A stretch of DNA of 62,784 bases, counting the filler, from Rhabdomonas costata (taxonomy: Eukaryota): NCBI GenBank assembly GCA_019059605.1. It is 35 parts of 35 records of this genome, joined end to end, with 100 filler letters (N's around TTAATTAATTAA, not from the genome) between each part and the next. Parts side by side here need not be neighbours in the genome. Positions count along the whole stretch, not along the records: positions 1 to 1,698 come from JAHMHO010010486.1; positions 1,799 to 3,498 come from JAHMHO010010487.1; positions 3,599 to 5,296 come from JAHMHO010010488.1; positions 5,397 to 7,093 come from JAHMHO010010489.1; positions 7,194 to 8,890 come from JAHMHO010010490.1; positions 8,991 to 10,686 come from JAHMHO010010491.1; positions 10,787 to 12,483 come from JAHMHO010010492.1; 28 more parts are not named here. The stretch is one strand, 5' to 3'. Shown in pieces: positions 1 to 11,800 of this stretch. Within the stretch, counting starts at the first letter, position 1; each line of letters begins with the position of its first letter. The position numbers were made by a program, and so were the translations under genes. The notes under the pieces are model-generated. The model was given only the letters and a program-made list of their open reading frames with translations. It was not told where the DNA came from and did not search any database.

Positions 1-348
1 GGGTGTGTGGGGGATGAAGAACTCTGTTCTGCTTCTTCAAAGTCATGCGGCTGAAGAACTGCAGCAACAGCGTCCTGCAAATCAGCCCGTAAATCGTGGG
101 CAGACCAACATAATGAGCCATGGAGAATCAAGTGATTCTCCGGTTTTGATGAAACTAATTCCCCGTTAAGGGGAGAGCCCTACCCTGCAGAGCATTGCCC
201 CAATTCAGCGGCTGGTCATACTTCACTTTGGCTCTCGTCAAAGACAACCGCTGAAAGACTTTCAGAAATAAGACCCAAAAATACAGAGATGTCTTGCCAT
301 CACCAAGTAACAGTTCGGAGAGCACAATAAGGCCGACACAGACCTACA

Positions 349-1441
349 TCACTGGAAACCGCCGAAGTGTTCACCTGCCCCAAGGCCTCCGCCCAGAGAG
401 ACCAGCACCCCGCTCAGCAGCCGCTGCTCCTGCTCCACGGCGGCCAGCCGGTGCAGCACCACCTGGAGAAGCTCGGGAATCCTCTGGGAATTCCCCGCGG
501 CGACCCACTGCAACACTGAGGAAGGGTCCAGGACTTGCGGGAGCTCACTGAAGAAACTCTGCTTTGCCGGGCCGGAGCTTTCAGGCACCCGCGAGAATTC
601 TTCAGGAGTTCCGGTGGACGTGCGAAATTCCTGAAAAAAATGGAGCACCAAGAGGTGAAAGTGAAATAGAGATCATGGAGGATTGCCCGCCTCCTGGTTT
701 ACCACTTTTCGTAATTTCATTCTCAGAAAGGGAGTGAGGGAGGGGAAGACACCTTTTCCGACAATTTTTTCATGCAATATCCGTGGGAACGACCCATCGG
801 AGGATGCTCGGAACTGGAGCGTCCAATTCATCAAATGACCCCACTTTCACCCCCAAACTCCACAGCACACCTTTTCCTCTTCGAAAAAACCGCTGCCCAG
901 CAAAGCCTCGACATCCGTCGATGTAGGGTCCAGCCCCACCTCACCTTTCAGCACATGTTCTACAGTGGCTTGGCCAGGGAAGGCGGACTGGGGCTGGAAC
1001 TGCTGCCGCTGCTGCGGCCGCGGAGGAGGCGGGAAGGCCCCGGGTGCGGGAAAGGGAAACACATGTGCCACCGGGGTGGCATTGCTGCGGGGCCGGAGCT
1101 TCAGCTTGTCCCCCAGCGCGTGCTGGAAAAGTGCTGTGGTCTGAGCGGCGGTGAGAAGGCGCCCCTGGAAGGCTGGCGGAGGCGGGGTCGAGGGAGAGGA
1201 TGGTCGGCCTGGGGGACTTTGCGCGGGATTGGCGGCAGAGGGGTGGAGGTGAGATGTTTGGGGAGCATGTGCATGGCAAAGAGGTAAGGAGCAGTTGCCG
1301 TTGCGCAGGTTGGATCCGGCATTGGCCTTCTCGGGAACGGACATCGTAAAAGGACGAATTGGCGAGTCACTGCGTAAGGTCAAAAATAGTCAAAAATACT
1401 TCCTGAAGTTCCTGAAGGTCCCTGCGACGAGACGTCTGGAA
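349..1441 (-). CDS. 3' exons of a multi-exon gene of unknown function
   Basis: Exon ending ...GFFEEEK at 871 followed by gtgtgc. Acceptor ttttttcag before 630 gives in-phase EFRTSTG...FGGFQ-stop at 349. Upstream boundary uncertain; no family recognised. Confidence 0.4.
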
Positions 1442-1698
1442 ATCTGAGCAACCAGACAAATTCTTGCGACTAGCAAATGCCTGCAGCTTTTACCACGGCG
1501 CTGGATCAGAACGAAAAAAGACATTCTCTTTTGCTCTGATGTTCACAGTAGAGGTTGCCTTCCTCGACACCTTTCCAACGACTCAGCTCAGCTTGCGACT
1601 TCGTCTACGCCACTGGGAGGCTTCAGAGGCTAAAAAAGTCCAATCCCCACTGGTCCAAGCAGAAAAGGTCAGAAAACATGTTCATAGACCCAAAAACC

Positions 1699-1798
1699 NN
1701 NNNNNNNNNNNNNNNNNNNNNNNNNNNNNNNNNNNNNNNNNNTTAATTAATTAANNNNNNNNNNNNNNNNNNNNNNNNNNNNNNNNNNNNNNNNNNNN
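1699..1798. other. Artificial contig-joining spacer (N44-TTAATTAATTAA-N44); recurs 34 times, roughly every 1.8 kb
   Basis: Identical palindromic 12-mer with stops in all six frames, flanked by N runs, at 1743, 3543, 5341, 7138 ... 61033. Intervening contigs are all about 1.69-1.70 kb, consistent with a length-sorted concatenation. Confidence 0.98.
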
Positions 1799-1918
1799 TT
1801 TGTTGGTTAGAATGGTACACGCCGTGAAACATCTTGTTGGTCATTGAAAGCCAGTGCGTGCGGCCTATAGGAAGGCACAGCGGCCCTCTTGTTGTTTCGT
1901 AGGGTTCAGGGTTTACGG

Positions 1919-1971
1919 TTTAGGGTTAGGATTAGGGTTAGGGTTAGGGTTAGGGTTAGGGTTAGGGTTAG
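1919..1971 (+). repeat. Interstitial telomere-like (TTAGGG)n tract
   Basis: Six perfect TTAGGG units at 1932-1967, with degenerate units (ttcaggg, tttacgg, tttaggg, ttagga) upstream. Confidence 0.9.
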
Positions 1972-3650
1972 AGGAGGAGAGACTCTGATTGATCTGGTCT
2001 GGTTATCACCCCCTTGTACCCCCCGAACATGCCAAAAAATGCATCGAATCCCTCAGATGGACGGTAGGGGGGAGGGAGTGAAAGGCACCACTGCCCAGTT
2101 TGGGCTGATGGTGCAGACATGGAGGAGCACTGGCTACACCGCTGCCCAAAGCTCATTGGGCTGGTGGTGCACGTTCGAAATCGAGCCGCTTCCCTCGCGC
2201 TGGGTTTTTTGTCGCTGCCTTCGGTGTAGTTGTGTTGGAGTTGGGAACTTGTCTGTTTCGGGAATGGAGTCCTTCACACGAAGTGCAAGGTCCCTGCCCC
2301 TACTCGCCCCCACCACATTGTACAGCCATTCCACGTCCCTCGCTCTTCCGCTTTTGTGCGCACCCTTTTGCACAATCCCTGACACGGCGTGTCAGGTTGT
2401 GGTGGAGGGGTAAGGACTGGGCCAGTGCCAGACCTAATTCCCACCCCTTCACACTCGGGGTCAGCTTTTCCAATTGCCCTTCTCGGGTTTTTTCTGTATA
2501 TACTTCCTGAATGTTTCCCAAAATGGTGGCACATGTCACCGATGCCTCAACCTTGCTGTTCTCTGGGTTGCTTGGCTTTCGAAAGTTCTCCCAGCTGCCG
2601 CTCCTCCGGCGGCCTATCGGCCGGCCCCAGACACGAACATTCATTTGCGGACTTCCGGACTTCCCCAAAATTACGACTTTGTTGCTGCTTGCAATGAGGC
2701 AAACATTTCTTGTGCGTTGCTTGGGCGAGCCTGTAGTGCGTGTGTGCTTCTAACATTGATCTTGATCAACTTTTTCTGTGTGCCATATGTGATGTGCCCA
2801 GTGTGCCCAAGGTTGTCAGACGATGGCTCTCGCAGCCCTTTCCGCTCCGATGGAACGATTATTTTCGTGCTTGGCTCTTCTTCAACTGCACTCTCCCGTG
2901 GATGACCATCGGTTTGTGTCAACGTGTGTACATTATGGCCCGCTGCCAGGGAATCCAGGGCATAAAATGGGCTACCTTTTCTGCGTTTTTTTTACTACGT
3001 TTGTGCGCATCAACGTTACTATTTTGTGTACCTGCGTTCCAGCTGGCTGTGTGATTGAGCAACAGTTTCACTTCTTTGAGGCATGCTTTCTTGTGGAGAT
3101 TCGGCCAGCCTTTTTGAAGTCCCTCACATCGATAGGTTGACTGAGGCCAACCAAATTCCCTCCGCTTCTTGCAATGGAGGGTTGTGAAGTTCTTCTGATA
3201 CTGTTAATGAGATGGTCGGTGGGTGGGCCTTTCTAAACCTCACGAATGGTGGAAATCTGAATTGCTCTGGCTGGCTTTTCAGCGCCGGAGGTCTCTTGGC
3301 CTGCTTTCGCTTTGGCTTTAAGGCTGAAGCAATTTTTGGTCTACAGGAGAACTTAAGCCGTCCGCGTCAGCATCCCCAGGGCTATGACCCCAAACACACT
3401 GACCAAGTTCGTTTGTAATGGACATTCCGGACATTCCTCACTAGTGGTCCGGTGGTTTGTTCTCAAGGAATTTTCTGCGCCTCCACCCCCCCCCACCCNN
3501 NNNNNNNNNNNNNNNNNNNNNNNNNNNNNNNNNNNNNNNNNNTTAATTAATTAANNNNNNNNNNNNNNNNNNNNNNNNNNNNNNNNNNNNNNNNNNNNCG
3601 CGTTGGAGAAGGGACTCTCTGAGATTGACTCTTGAGATTGAGACTTGCAC

Positions 3651-5128
3651 CTGAAGGTGGAGGCTGGCGCAGGGATGGGAAACGCCCAATGATGGGCTTC
3701 CGGGAGGCTGTAAATCGGGCGCCCCCGAAGCTCTTGATGTGGTAGGTGGAGTTAGGCGCGACCTCCCACACCACCCCAGCGTGGTGCAGGGCGATGTTCA
3801 GCGAGTCCTGGTCCGTCGCGTGCCGTGGCACTAAGGGGTTGGCCAAGAGGTGCTCCAACGTGGCCTGCAGGAACCACTCGCAGAAGGCACCCGCCCTAGA
3901 AAAAGGATTAAAAAGCAATAACGCACTTCACAGAACAGAAGTCCTTGAGATTGCTGGCCACTAATAAGGAAAGCTTGCATCTTCTCAAGAAGACCCATTG
4001 CGGCTGTGCAGAAGGTGACGAGCGGGCGAAGCAGCAGACGAGGAATGCACCGTGAACACGAAACCCACGAACCACGAAAACTCACGTTAACCATAGAAGT
4101 TCAGCTGTGCATCAAATTCACTCACAGAGAGTAATTGCTTATCCGCTTGTGGAAAACACAGGCGCCGATTCAGTTCAGCAAGCGGCTTCAAGAAGATGCA
4201 CATACCACACCGGCAGTAGAAGAAGCCTCCGCACACCACGAAGCCCCACAGGTTAAAGAGCTGAGCTGGGGCCACCGTGCCCGAAGAGAACTCCGCCGCG
4301 GCGTTGGGGTGGACGAACAGCAAGGGAAGCGGGTTGCGCACCCACACCGCGTCCACGTCGCTGTGCGTTCAAAGTGAATGAAAGAGATGCAAACATACTC
4401 TCGCACGATGACAAATCCTGATTTACACGCCGACACACTCCAACACACTGAAAACGACAGTCCCCCGGAACGATCAATAAGCGGCGAGCACAAAGTGAGC
4501 AACAACTTTGAAGGGCTGACGTACCCAAGCTTTTCGGCACGCAAATGGCAATCTCTGGTAATTCGGATGAGAGATGACCAGTGGGCGGGGATGAGACCAG
4601 CAATATGAAGGAGCAACCCGAATGAATCCATGCGAACAGCAGTATGGGAAGTAGACGGACCGCGCGGACAAAGAAGCACACCTGTGAATAAAGGAGACCC
4701 TGGCCCAGGCCAGAGCGCGGAAGATGATCATCCGCACGTACCACAGGGCACTGAAGTTCTTCATATTGATCCCAAAAGTGGGAATGTGGTGATCCAGGAA
4801 CCAATCCTGGGGATAGCATTGACAGAAAGGTGGCAGAATCATGAAACGAAGCCGTCAGTAACCATTTCATTGTCCCCATTTCCGCAGGTTTTTGTGTTTA
4901 TTTTCAGACCCAAAAACCCAGTGTTGCGCCCTGCCTCCGCACACCTTGGATACGGGGTCTATCGCAACCACGAAGAAGCGAGAGATCGCAAGATGCTCCA
5001 AAGCAGCCAGCCAGTTTAGGATGACATCAGCGTACTTGAGGTTGCCAAAGGTTACCACAAGCACAGGCTCACCCTCCGCCTCACTGTAGTTGCTCAGCAC
5101 AGGCAAGACGGCAGCGCGAAGCGCAGCT
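3651..5128 (-). CDS. Nucleotide-diphospho-sugar transferase (GT77-like), internal exons
   Basis: In-phase GT-AG exons 5128-4945, 4806-4682, 4360-4211, 3895-3651 give VVTFGNLKYADVILNWLAALEHL..FFVVAID..VSFIHSDVDAVWVRNP..CGGFFYCR..DQDSLN. These are the DxD, GFFY and DQ motifs typical of the family. Confidence 0.85.
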
Positions 5129-5203
5129 CTGGAGGAAAACAAGAGACAACTGCGGTATAGTGGAGCAAAACCGGTCAACTAGACCAGCCAACTGAGATGC
5201 GCG

Positions 5204-5290
5204 ACAAGCACAAGCACAAGCACAAGCACAAGCACAAGCACAAGCACAAGCACAAGCACAAGCACAAGCAAAAGCACAAGCACAAACACA
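5204..5290 (+). repeat. (CACAAG)n hexamer microsatellite
   Basis: About 14 tandem units running to the contig end. Confidence 0.95.
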
Positions 5291-8124
5291 AACACANNNN
5301 NNNNNNNNNNNNNNNNNNNNNNNNNNNNNNNNNNNNNNNNTTAATTAATTAANNNNNNNNNNNNNNNNNNNNNNNNNNNNNNNNNNNNNNNNNNNNATAG
5401 AGAAAGATAGAGAGGGAAAGAGATGACGTCCAGCCCATTCCCAACGTCGCACCGTACAGGGCTTTCGAGAAGAGTCTGCGCGGGAGGTGGTGCTGAGGAC
5501 GGAGGTGGGGGGCACGCAACCCCTTTCGCCCGTCAAACTGCCCGCAGAGACCACCCCCACAAGAGCCTTCCATCCACCCATCCATGCATTTTTCTGTTTT
5601 CCGTTTCTCTTTTTGCTTAAGCGGCGGGTGGTGGGGTGGCGGCCGCATCCGCGGGCGGGGTCGCCGACGGGGTGCGCACACGGGAGATGCAGTACCGTGG
5701 TCCACCGCTGGGCTCGGGGTTCTTGGAGTAGTGGGTGTGACCTTTGTTGGTTTTGCAGAAGTCATACAGCGTCAAGCAGAAAGCAAATGAAAAGAATTCG
5801 AAAGGTTAATCAACAGGGGCAGCAGAACAAGAGCAAGCAAGCGAGAGGGGGTGGGGACGACACCATCAACCCAAACCCGTAACCATTTGAGGCACGCGGC
5901 ACAACCGACAAGGACCGGGACACCAAGTTTGAGGAGAGGGGCAAGGGATTAAGAGGGAAGGGGGTGCAGGGATTAAGGAAGCGCTGTTTCCAACGTCGAG
6001 TTTCCATCCCCCCACCCCACTCCGTGTTTTGTGGTTGAACCCTCTGACGGGGGCTCAGAGCAATCAACAAGACCACAGGATGCAGCACAGAGTGCACTGC
6101 ACAGGGAGGTTTTGACGGACACCGCGCGGGCATCCAAACATGCACACAGACCGGTGTGCTCCGAGGGTCCCTTGTACGGGAGCTCCAGCACGGGGCACCG
6201 GGGCACGGCCTTCGGGGTGTACTCGTCGCGGTGCTCCGTGGGAAGCTTCCTAGGGGGCAGAACAGTCGGGGGCACAAAGCGCATCGGATCTGCGTGTCCT
6301 GGGGGGGGGTTGGCTCAACAACATGCACTGGCTGTGCGCATGAGCACCCGACATCAAAATGCCTCCTGCGATAAACTGGTGCGATGAAAGGGCCGATATG
6401 GGTGCAGACAACCTTGGGGAAGGGCAACCATTGCTGATGGAAACGGTTATTAGGCCGACCAAACAATACGTCGCATCAGGGCAATCTGGTGACATCCCCA
6501 TCGCACGACTGCCGGGTTCCAGCCGCGGGAGTCAGCCCCCCCCCTACTAAGTCTGTGCCACTCGAAACCAAAACCCGGCAGCGTGTACGTTAACCGGAAA
6601 CTCAATCAAAACCACTAAAACAGCACATCTTGGGTGCAGCGGCACAGTAATATCAGAATATGGTTTGCACCAGCTAGGGCAGGCGGATACAGGCCAATAA
6701 CGGGCGACCTTCCGCGCGTGTGTATCAAAAACGTTTAGCAGCACCAAAGAATCCAGGCAAGCTTGCACGTTACAGTAATTGACAAATTGGATTGGCAAGG
6801 AAGGACGATGTCAATCGAAACAAGGCTCGAAACAAGCCTCAATTGACGGGAAAATCACCGCAAGTGGTGGGGGGCAGAACCACTTTCTTCCACCTGAAAC
6901 TTCGTCCAGTTTAGGGTCAAACACAGCTCAGCTGGTCGGTTGGTGCGTAAGGCGAAAATGTGTGCGTTTTGCAAACCAACGTGACAAGACCCCAATGTTT
7001 TTGAAACAATCCACTCAGCTGAGCACTGAGGGCATTAATGGAATGGCTCTCGTGGTTGGAAAGAGGTTCTCATCACCCACAGAAACAACAAACNNNNNNN
7101 NNNNNNNNNNNNNNNNNNNNNNNNNNNNNNNNNNNNNTTAATTAATTAANNNNNNNNNNNNNNNNNNNNNNNNNNNNNNNNNNNNNNNNNNNNGCCATCG
7201 GTTTTGTGTGTGCGCGGTTCTGTGTGTACTCGTTTCGGGTGTTTTTATTGGGAATTCAGTGCTGTTTTGTTTCCAATCAGAAAATGAAAGGTCTGGTGGT
7301 GTCGGACGCCGCTGTCGTTCCGTTGCAGTTCATTCCTTCCGCTCGTCTTGCGACCTTCCCTGAAGTCCCGATTTTGGGCGTGGGTTTGGATTGAGCAAGT
7401 TACAGTTTCGCAGAGTGTGTGCAGCGCGGTTGATGATGAGTCAAGCGCGTACGCACCTTAGCAGGACGGCTTTATTCTCTGCTTGCTTGACAGGGAGCGC
7501 CCGAGTTCTGCCCTGCACGGACCAGGTCTGCGATGTTGCGAACGCCGCGGATTTGCAGCGGTTCTGCTTCGATGCCTTGGCACTGCACCAGCTGGTAGAC
7601 TCTTCCCGAGTAGTGATGGGAAAGGCAACGGCAAGTTATGGGACACCCGTGCGGAAAGTGCGGGGTCATGAGCTCAGCTGTGCTTTCAGCGAAATTTGTA
7701 TCGCTGGTTAATGCAAGGCAGAGACATGGTATCCGTCTTAAATTGCACCTCGTATCAGTGCACAGGAGCGAGACTTTAATGAACGATGGCAAAGCATACC
7801 TACCTCAAAAGGTGGTGAAGGTGTTCGTGGGTCTGTATTTTTCATGGTTTTGGTCTTTGTACGTTTTCGAGCAGGTGAGCTAAAAATCCATGCGTCCAGT
7901 AGCTCCCTTGTGTATATGTCTGAGGTTTCCCAGGAACATCTCCCCAACAACCGAGAGGTGACCCCCACCTCGAGAAGCGTCCGGGCAGCGAGAGAAGATT
8001 GGAAAACCCGATGGAAGGGAACGGTCCTCCCCAAAAGCAATACCTTGTGCGTGTAGTGTGTAGTGTGAATGTGTGTGTGACTCCTTTGGATGCACCCACA
8101 CACACAGACCTCCTTTTTCAACAG

Positions 8125-8440
8125 CCCAAACTGGAGCCCTCCACTCTCTCCTTCGTCACTCGGCCTCGCGAGCCCACCCGGACTGAGCCTCGGCTGTCCC
8201 GCCGCCCGCGCTCCATGATTCTCGCCCGAGTGCCCCCCTCCCTCACCGGGCACGTGGTGGTGGTGGGGCTTCCCTCAGTCGCTCTGGTTTGGTTTGCCCT
8301 GGCGCTGCGGGCGCGGGCGCTGCAGAGGCGGCCCGTAGTGGTGTTTGCTGTGGCACACCGGCCTGAGCCAGAGCACCTGCAGCTGCTGTGGGCCCTAGGG
8401 GAGGTCCACGTGGTGCTGGGCACGGAGCTCAGAACCCTGG
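8125..8440 (+). CDS. Exon encoding the start of an RCK domain, BK/Slo-type K+ channel-like
   Basis: cag|PKLEP...LTGHVVVVGLPSVALVWFALALRARALQRRPVVVF...VHVVLGTELRTL|gtacg resembles the Slo RCK2 pattern (GHVVV..PLR..IV..GSPL..DL). Confidence 0.55.
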
Positions 8441-8719
8441 GTACGAGGGGCGTCGCGAACCCTGCCTCTCTTTTCTCCTCTCTTTACCGGCATGAGGGAG
8501 AGTCATTTGGTATTGTTACCGGCAGTGAGCTGAGCGAAGCTACCGGCAGCATAGCCACAACCACGGAAATACCCACGTCGGCCACCGCGCCGCGCGCTGA
8601 CGTCGGACCTGACACAGCGCCGTGGGGCTCTCCGCCTCGTCTCTTTGCTTCTTTTCATTCACAAAAACCTTTTTGTTCCTCGTTTGGATGAACACCGGAC
8701 ATTGCTTTATGGATTGTGA

Positions 8720-8878
8720 AACGTTTGCAGAAGTGCAAAATGTGCAAGCACCTAGAAATCCTACTGACCCCTTCCCCTTCAAGAAAAAGTTGGAATTCTT
8801 CTTTTGAGTCGTTGCGTTTTCGGGAAGGGGTCAGTAGGATTTCTAGGTGCTTGCACATTTTGCACTTCTGCAAACGTT
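8720..8878. repeat. 57-bp perfect inverted repeat at contig end (probable amplification fold-back)
   Basis: 8720-8776 is the reverse complement of 8822-8878. Confidence 0.9.
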
Positions 8879-11800
8879 CCACAACCCACCNNNNNNNNNN
8901 NNNNNNNNNNNNNNNNNNNNNNNNNNNNNNNNNNTTAATTAATTAANNNNNNNNNNNNNNNNNNNNNNNNNNNNNNNNNNNNNNNNNNNNGTGTGGGTGT
9001 GTTTGGGGTTGTGGTTGCCTGCCGATTGATATTCTTTTCTTGCCCGCTCGCTCTGAAAGCGAATGTCTGAAACTCAGCTTTCATATGAATGCTTGTAGTG
9101 TAGGAGGAAAGGGTGGGACACCAACCTCGGGAAAGTACTCCACTGCGGCCATCGAGATGGAAGGTCAAGAAAAGGTGCCTTCCAAGCGAGAGCACAAATA
9201 TGGCCTTAAACAGAGTTCTTCCTAACAAGCAGACGGTGTGCTCGGCCCCATTTTAGCCAGGGAAAGAGAAAGAAAAGAAAACAGTCTGTGGAGAAAAGCA
9301 CAATATGCAATGCGCCTGCTGATTGTGCAGTAGGTACAGGACGGCAATGTCAGCTTCGCGCAAAGGGGGTCTTGCAAAAATTCGACTTTTGCTGTTTAAC
9401 GGTGTTAAACGTTTAGCAGCGTTAGCTGCTATGGCCGCGTGATGTTATTTTAGTGAAAGGGGTTTATGCTTACCGTTCTACTGCGCCATAGATGCGATTT
9501 TTAAGTAAAGCATGTTTTGCATGTTTAACAGTGTTGAACGTTTAACACCCCCCCCCCCCATACAACCCTTCTCTTTTAGGGGAAGGCCAAGATACCCACA
9601 AGGCGCATCTGGTGCAAAGATTACAAAGAAAGCACCGCTTACAACAGGCTTTCCCATGCGAAAAGGTGCAGTTCCGTCCTCACTGTACACAAACATGTGT
9701 ATCTATTGGAGGAAAGTTTCTGGATTTGCATTTGTTGGACGCGATTGTTGGGCACAATTGCTCGTCGGCTAACAGGTAAGTTCAAGTGGACGCCCTCTGT
9801 GAAGTTAAAATGAAGGGAAGACACCCCCTCCCTTCATTTTTCATTTTCGTGGAATTACAGGAGAGGGAGTGAGGGACCAATTCCGTGCCAGAACCGAACT
9901 GACCGCAAACTTCGTTGACGAAATCAACTGTACGGTTTCGGTCTCACCAAACAATGCTTGCCAAGTATCCAAACGAGAAGCAGATGTTCACAAACACTGC
10001 TCTGTATGTGTGTAAGGGGGTTTGTGCATCTATGGAGTGTGTGGGGTATGCGAGGGTATCCCACAATACAAACCAAACTACTCGTGTGAGCAAAAGCGGA
10101 AGAACAGAAGCATTAATTCTTCTTCTTTTCAGCCAGAGCCTTGGCCTCCCCCTTTTTCTGGCTGAACCACGTCGCGATGAGAAAGATCCCGAAGAGAGCA
10201 AGGCAGAGGGCCATCGTCAGGTAGATCACCCTCGGACCCGGGGTCAGCTTGGCGAGAAAAGGAAAGTAACCGTGTAGGAGGACCCCTCAGTTCGCTTCTG
10301 TACAGGGCACGCGCACGCCTCCTCGTCCCGTACAGAGCGAGAAGCCGCATTTCGGTCTCAGTTTTGGAGGCAGAGCCCCTCTCCCTGCCAATTCAGAGCC
10401 GTATTCCAACGCCAATGAATGTCCAGCATCACAAGGAACCGCCCCAAAAACAAAAATGAAGCAGGCAGAACAAAGGAGGGGCATTGTGGAAGTACGTTTC
10501 ATTGGAAAATAGGAGAATTCTACAATAATTTACATGAGACGGAAACTTTGGAAGCCATGGGCGTGGTATGTCACTTTGGATTTCCGCTTTACCAGCAACA
10601 TCGATTTTGGGTTTCAAAGATCCACTCCCCCGACCCCGCCCAACCCCACCCCGCCACCATAAGTATCCCTCACGCGCGGCATACATNNNNNNNNNNNNNN
10701 NNNNNNNNNNNNNNNNNNNNNNNNNNNNNNTTAATTAATTAANNNNNNNNNNNNNNNNNNNNNNNNNNNNNNNNNNNNNNNNNNNNGGGGGTTGGTAAAA
10801 AAAGACTGGGCCGCAATGGTATTGCACCGAAATTGTCGAGTTGAGTGGCAAAAGCATGACATGCTAGCGACCAGGCTCTTTGCGACAGGCGACTGGCTAC
10901 CTTTGAGCGGGACTGGTGGCTGGGTTAGGCTGCTTCTGGTGATCTCCATCATACTCTGCCAAGCTGGACAGTTGGACATCCCGCCATCCCACCCGCCATC
11001 ATACTCCTGGCGATCTGGAGTGGCAGCAATGACTGCCTGGTGCTATGTTAAAGCAAAGCACATTGCACCGTAAGCTCAGAACTTCGTCACCCTGTGTTCA
11101 TTTCGAATCGCAAGAGCTAGCTTCTGACCAGCGCAAGCCAAAGATCGGCATAAAATGAGCAGTGTCATGCAATACGACGGGAACGTTCATAAATAATCTC
11201 ACGCCTGCAACGCAAAAGTGCTGCTGGTTGAGGGTTGCGCCGATGCTGCATTGGAGGGGACCAAGAACCGGACATTGCAATCACTGTGCTGAAGGTGATG
11301 GAAATAGGATTGATTCTGACCCCGCTGCAACAAAAGCCACCCCGCGACTCATCTGAGCTTTGGAGTGTAACTTTCCTTATGAAGGTACAGACTCGGGAGC
11401 TTTTCTCTTGCACGCGCTCAAAATGGCCTTTCAAAAAGTTTAAAAATGCTTCATTCCTTCTCTGGATCTCTGACACTCGATGGACATTCATCCACAAGAA
11501 AACTTCGATTATTGTGGACTGCATTGCCGGCACACATCGATAGGTGTTTCACGACACTTGATTTTCTCTGAGGTATTTCTCCGCACTCCTCGGGCATAAT
11601 CCGAGTTATGGGCCCTTCTTGCTTGGCTGACACTGCCACTGTCACCCCGGGTTTCTGCGTTTCCAACCGTTGATTTTCAAAAAACGGGTCAAAGAATGCT
11701 ACAAGGAACGCGCACAACACAACTCGCAAAGATATGTTATAAACGTCTGAGAAAAATACGCGGCAGTAAACAAAGACATCAAAGCAAGCCCCGAAATGCA

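Noticed and set aside
1889-2413. 174-aa ORF containing RVRVRVRV
   Set aside because: The repeat is just the translation of the TTAGGG tract; no other coding signal.
5810-6466. 218-aa minus-strand ORF and many similar Cys/Arg/Pro-rich ORFs in the track
   Set aside because: Composition is typical of chance ORFs in GC-rich intronic DNA; no motif support.
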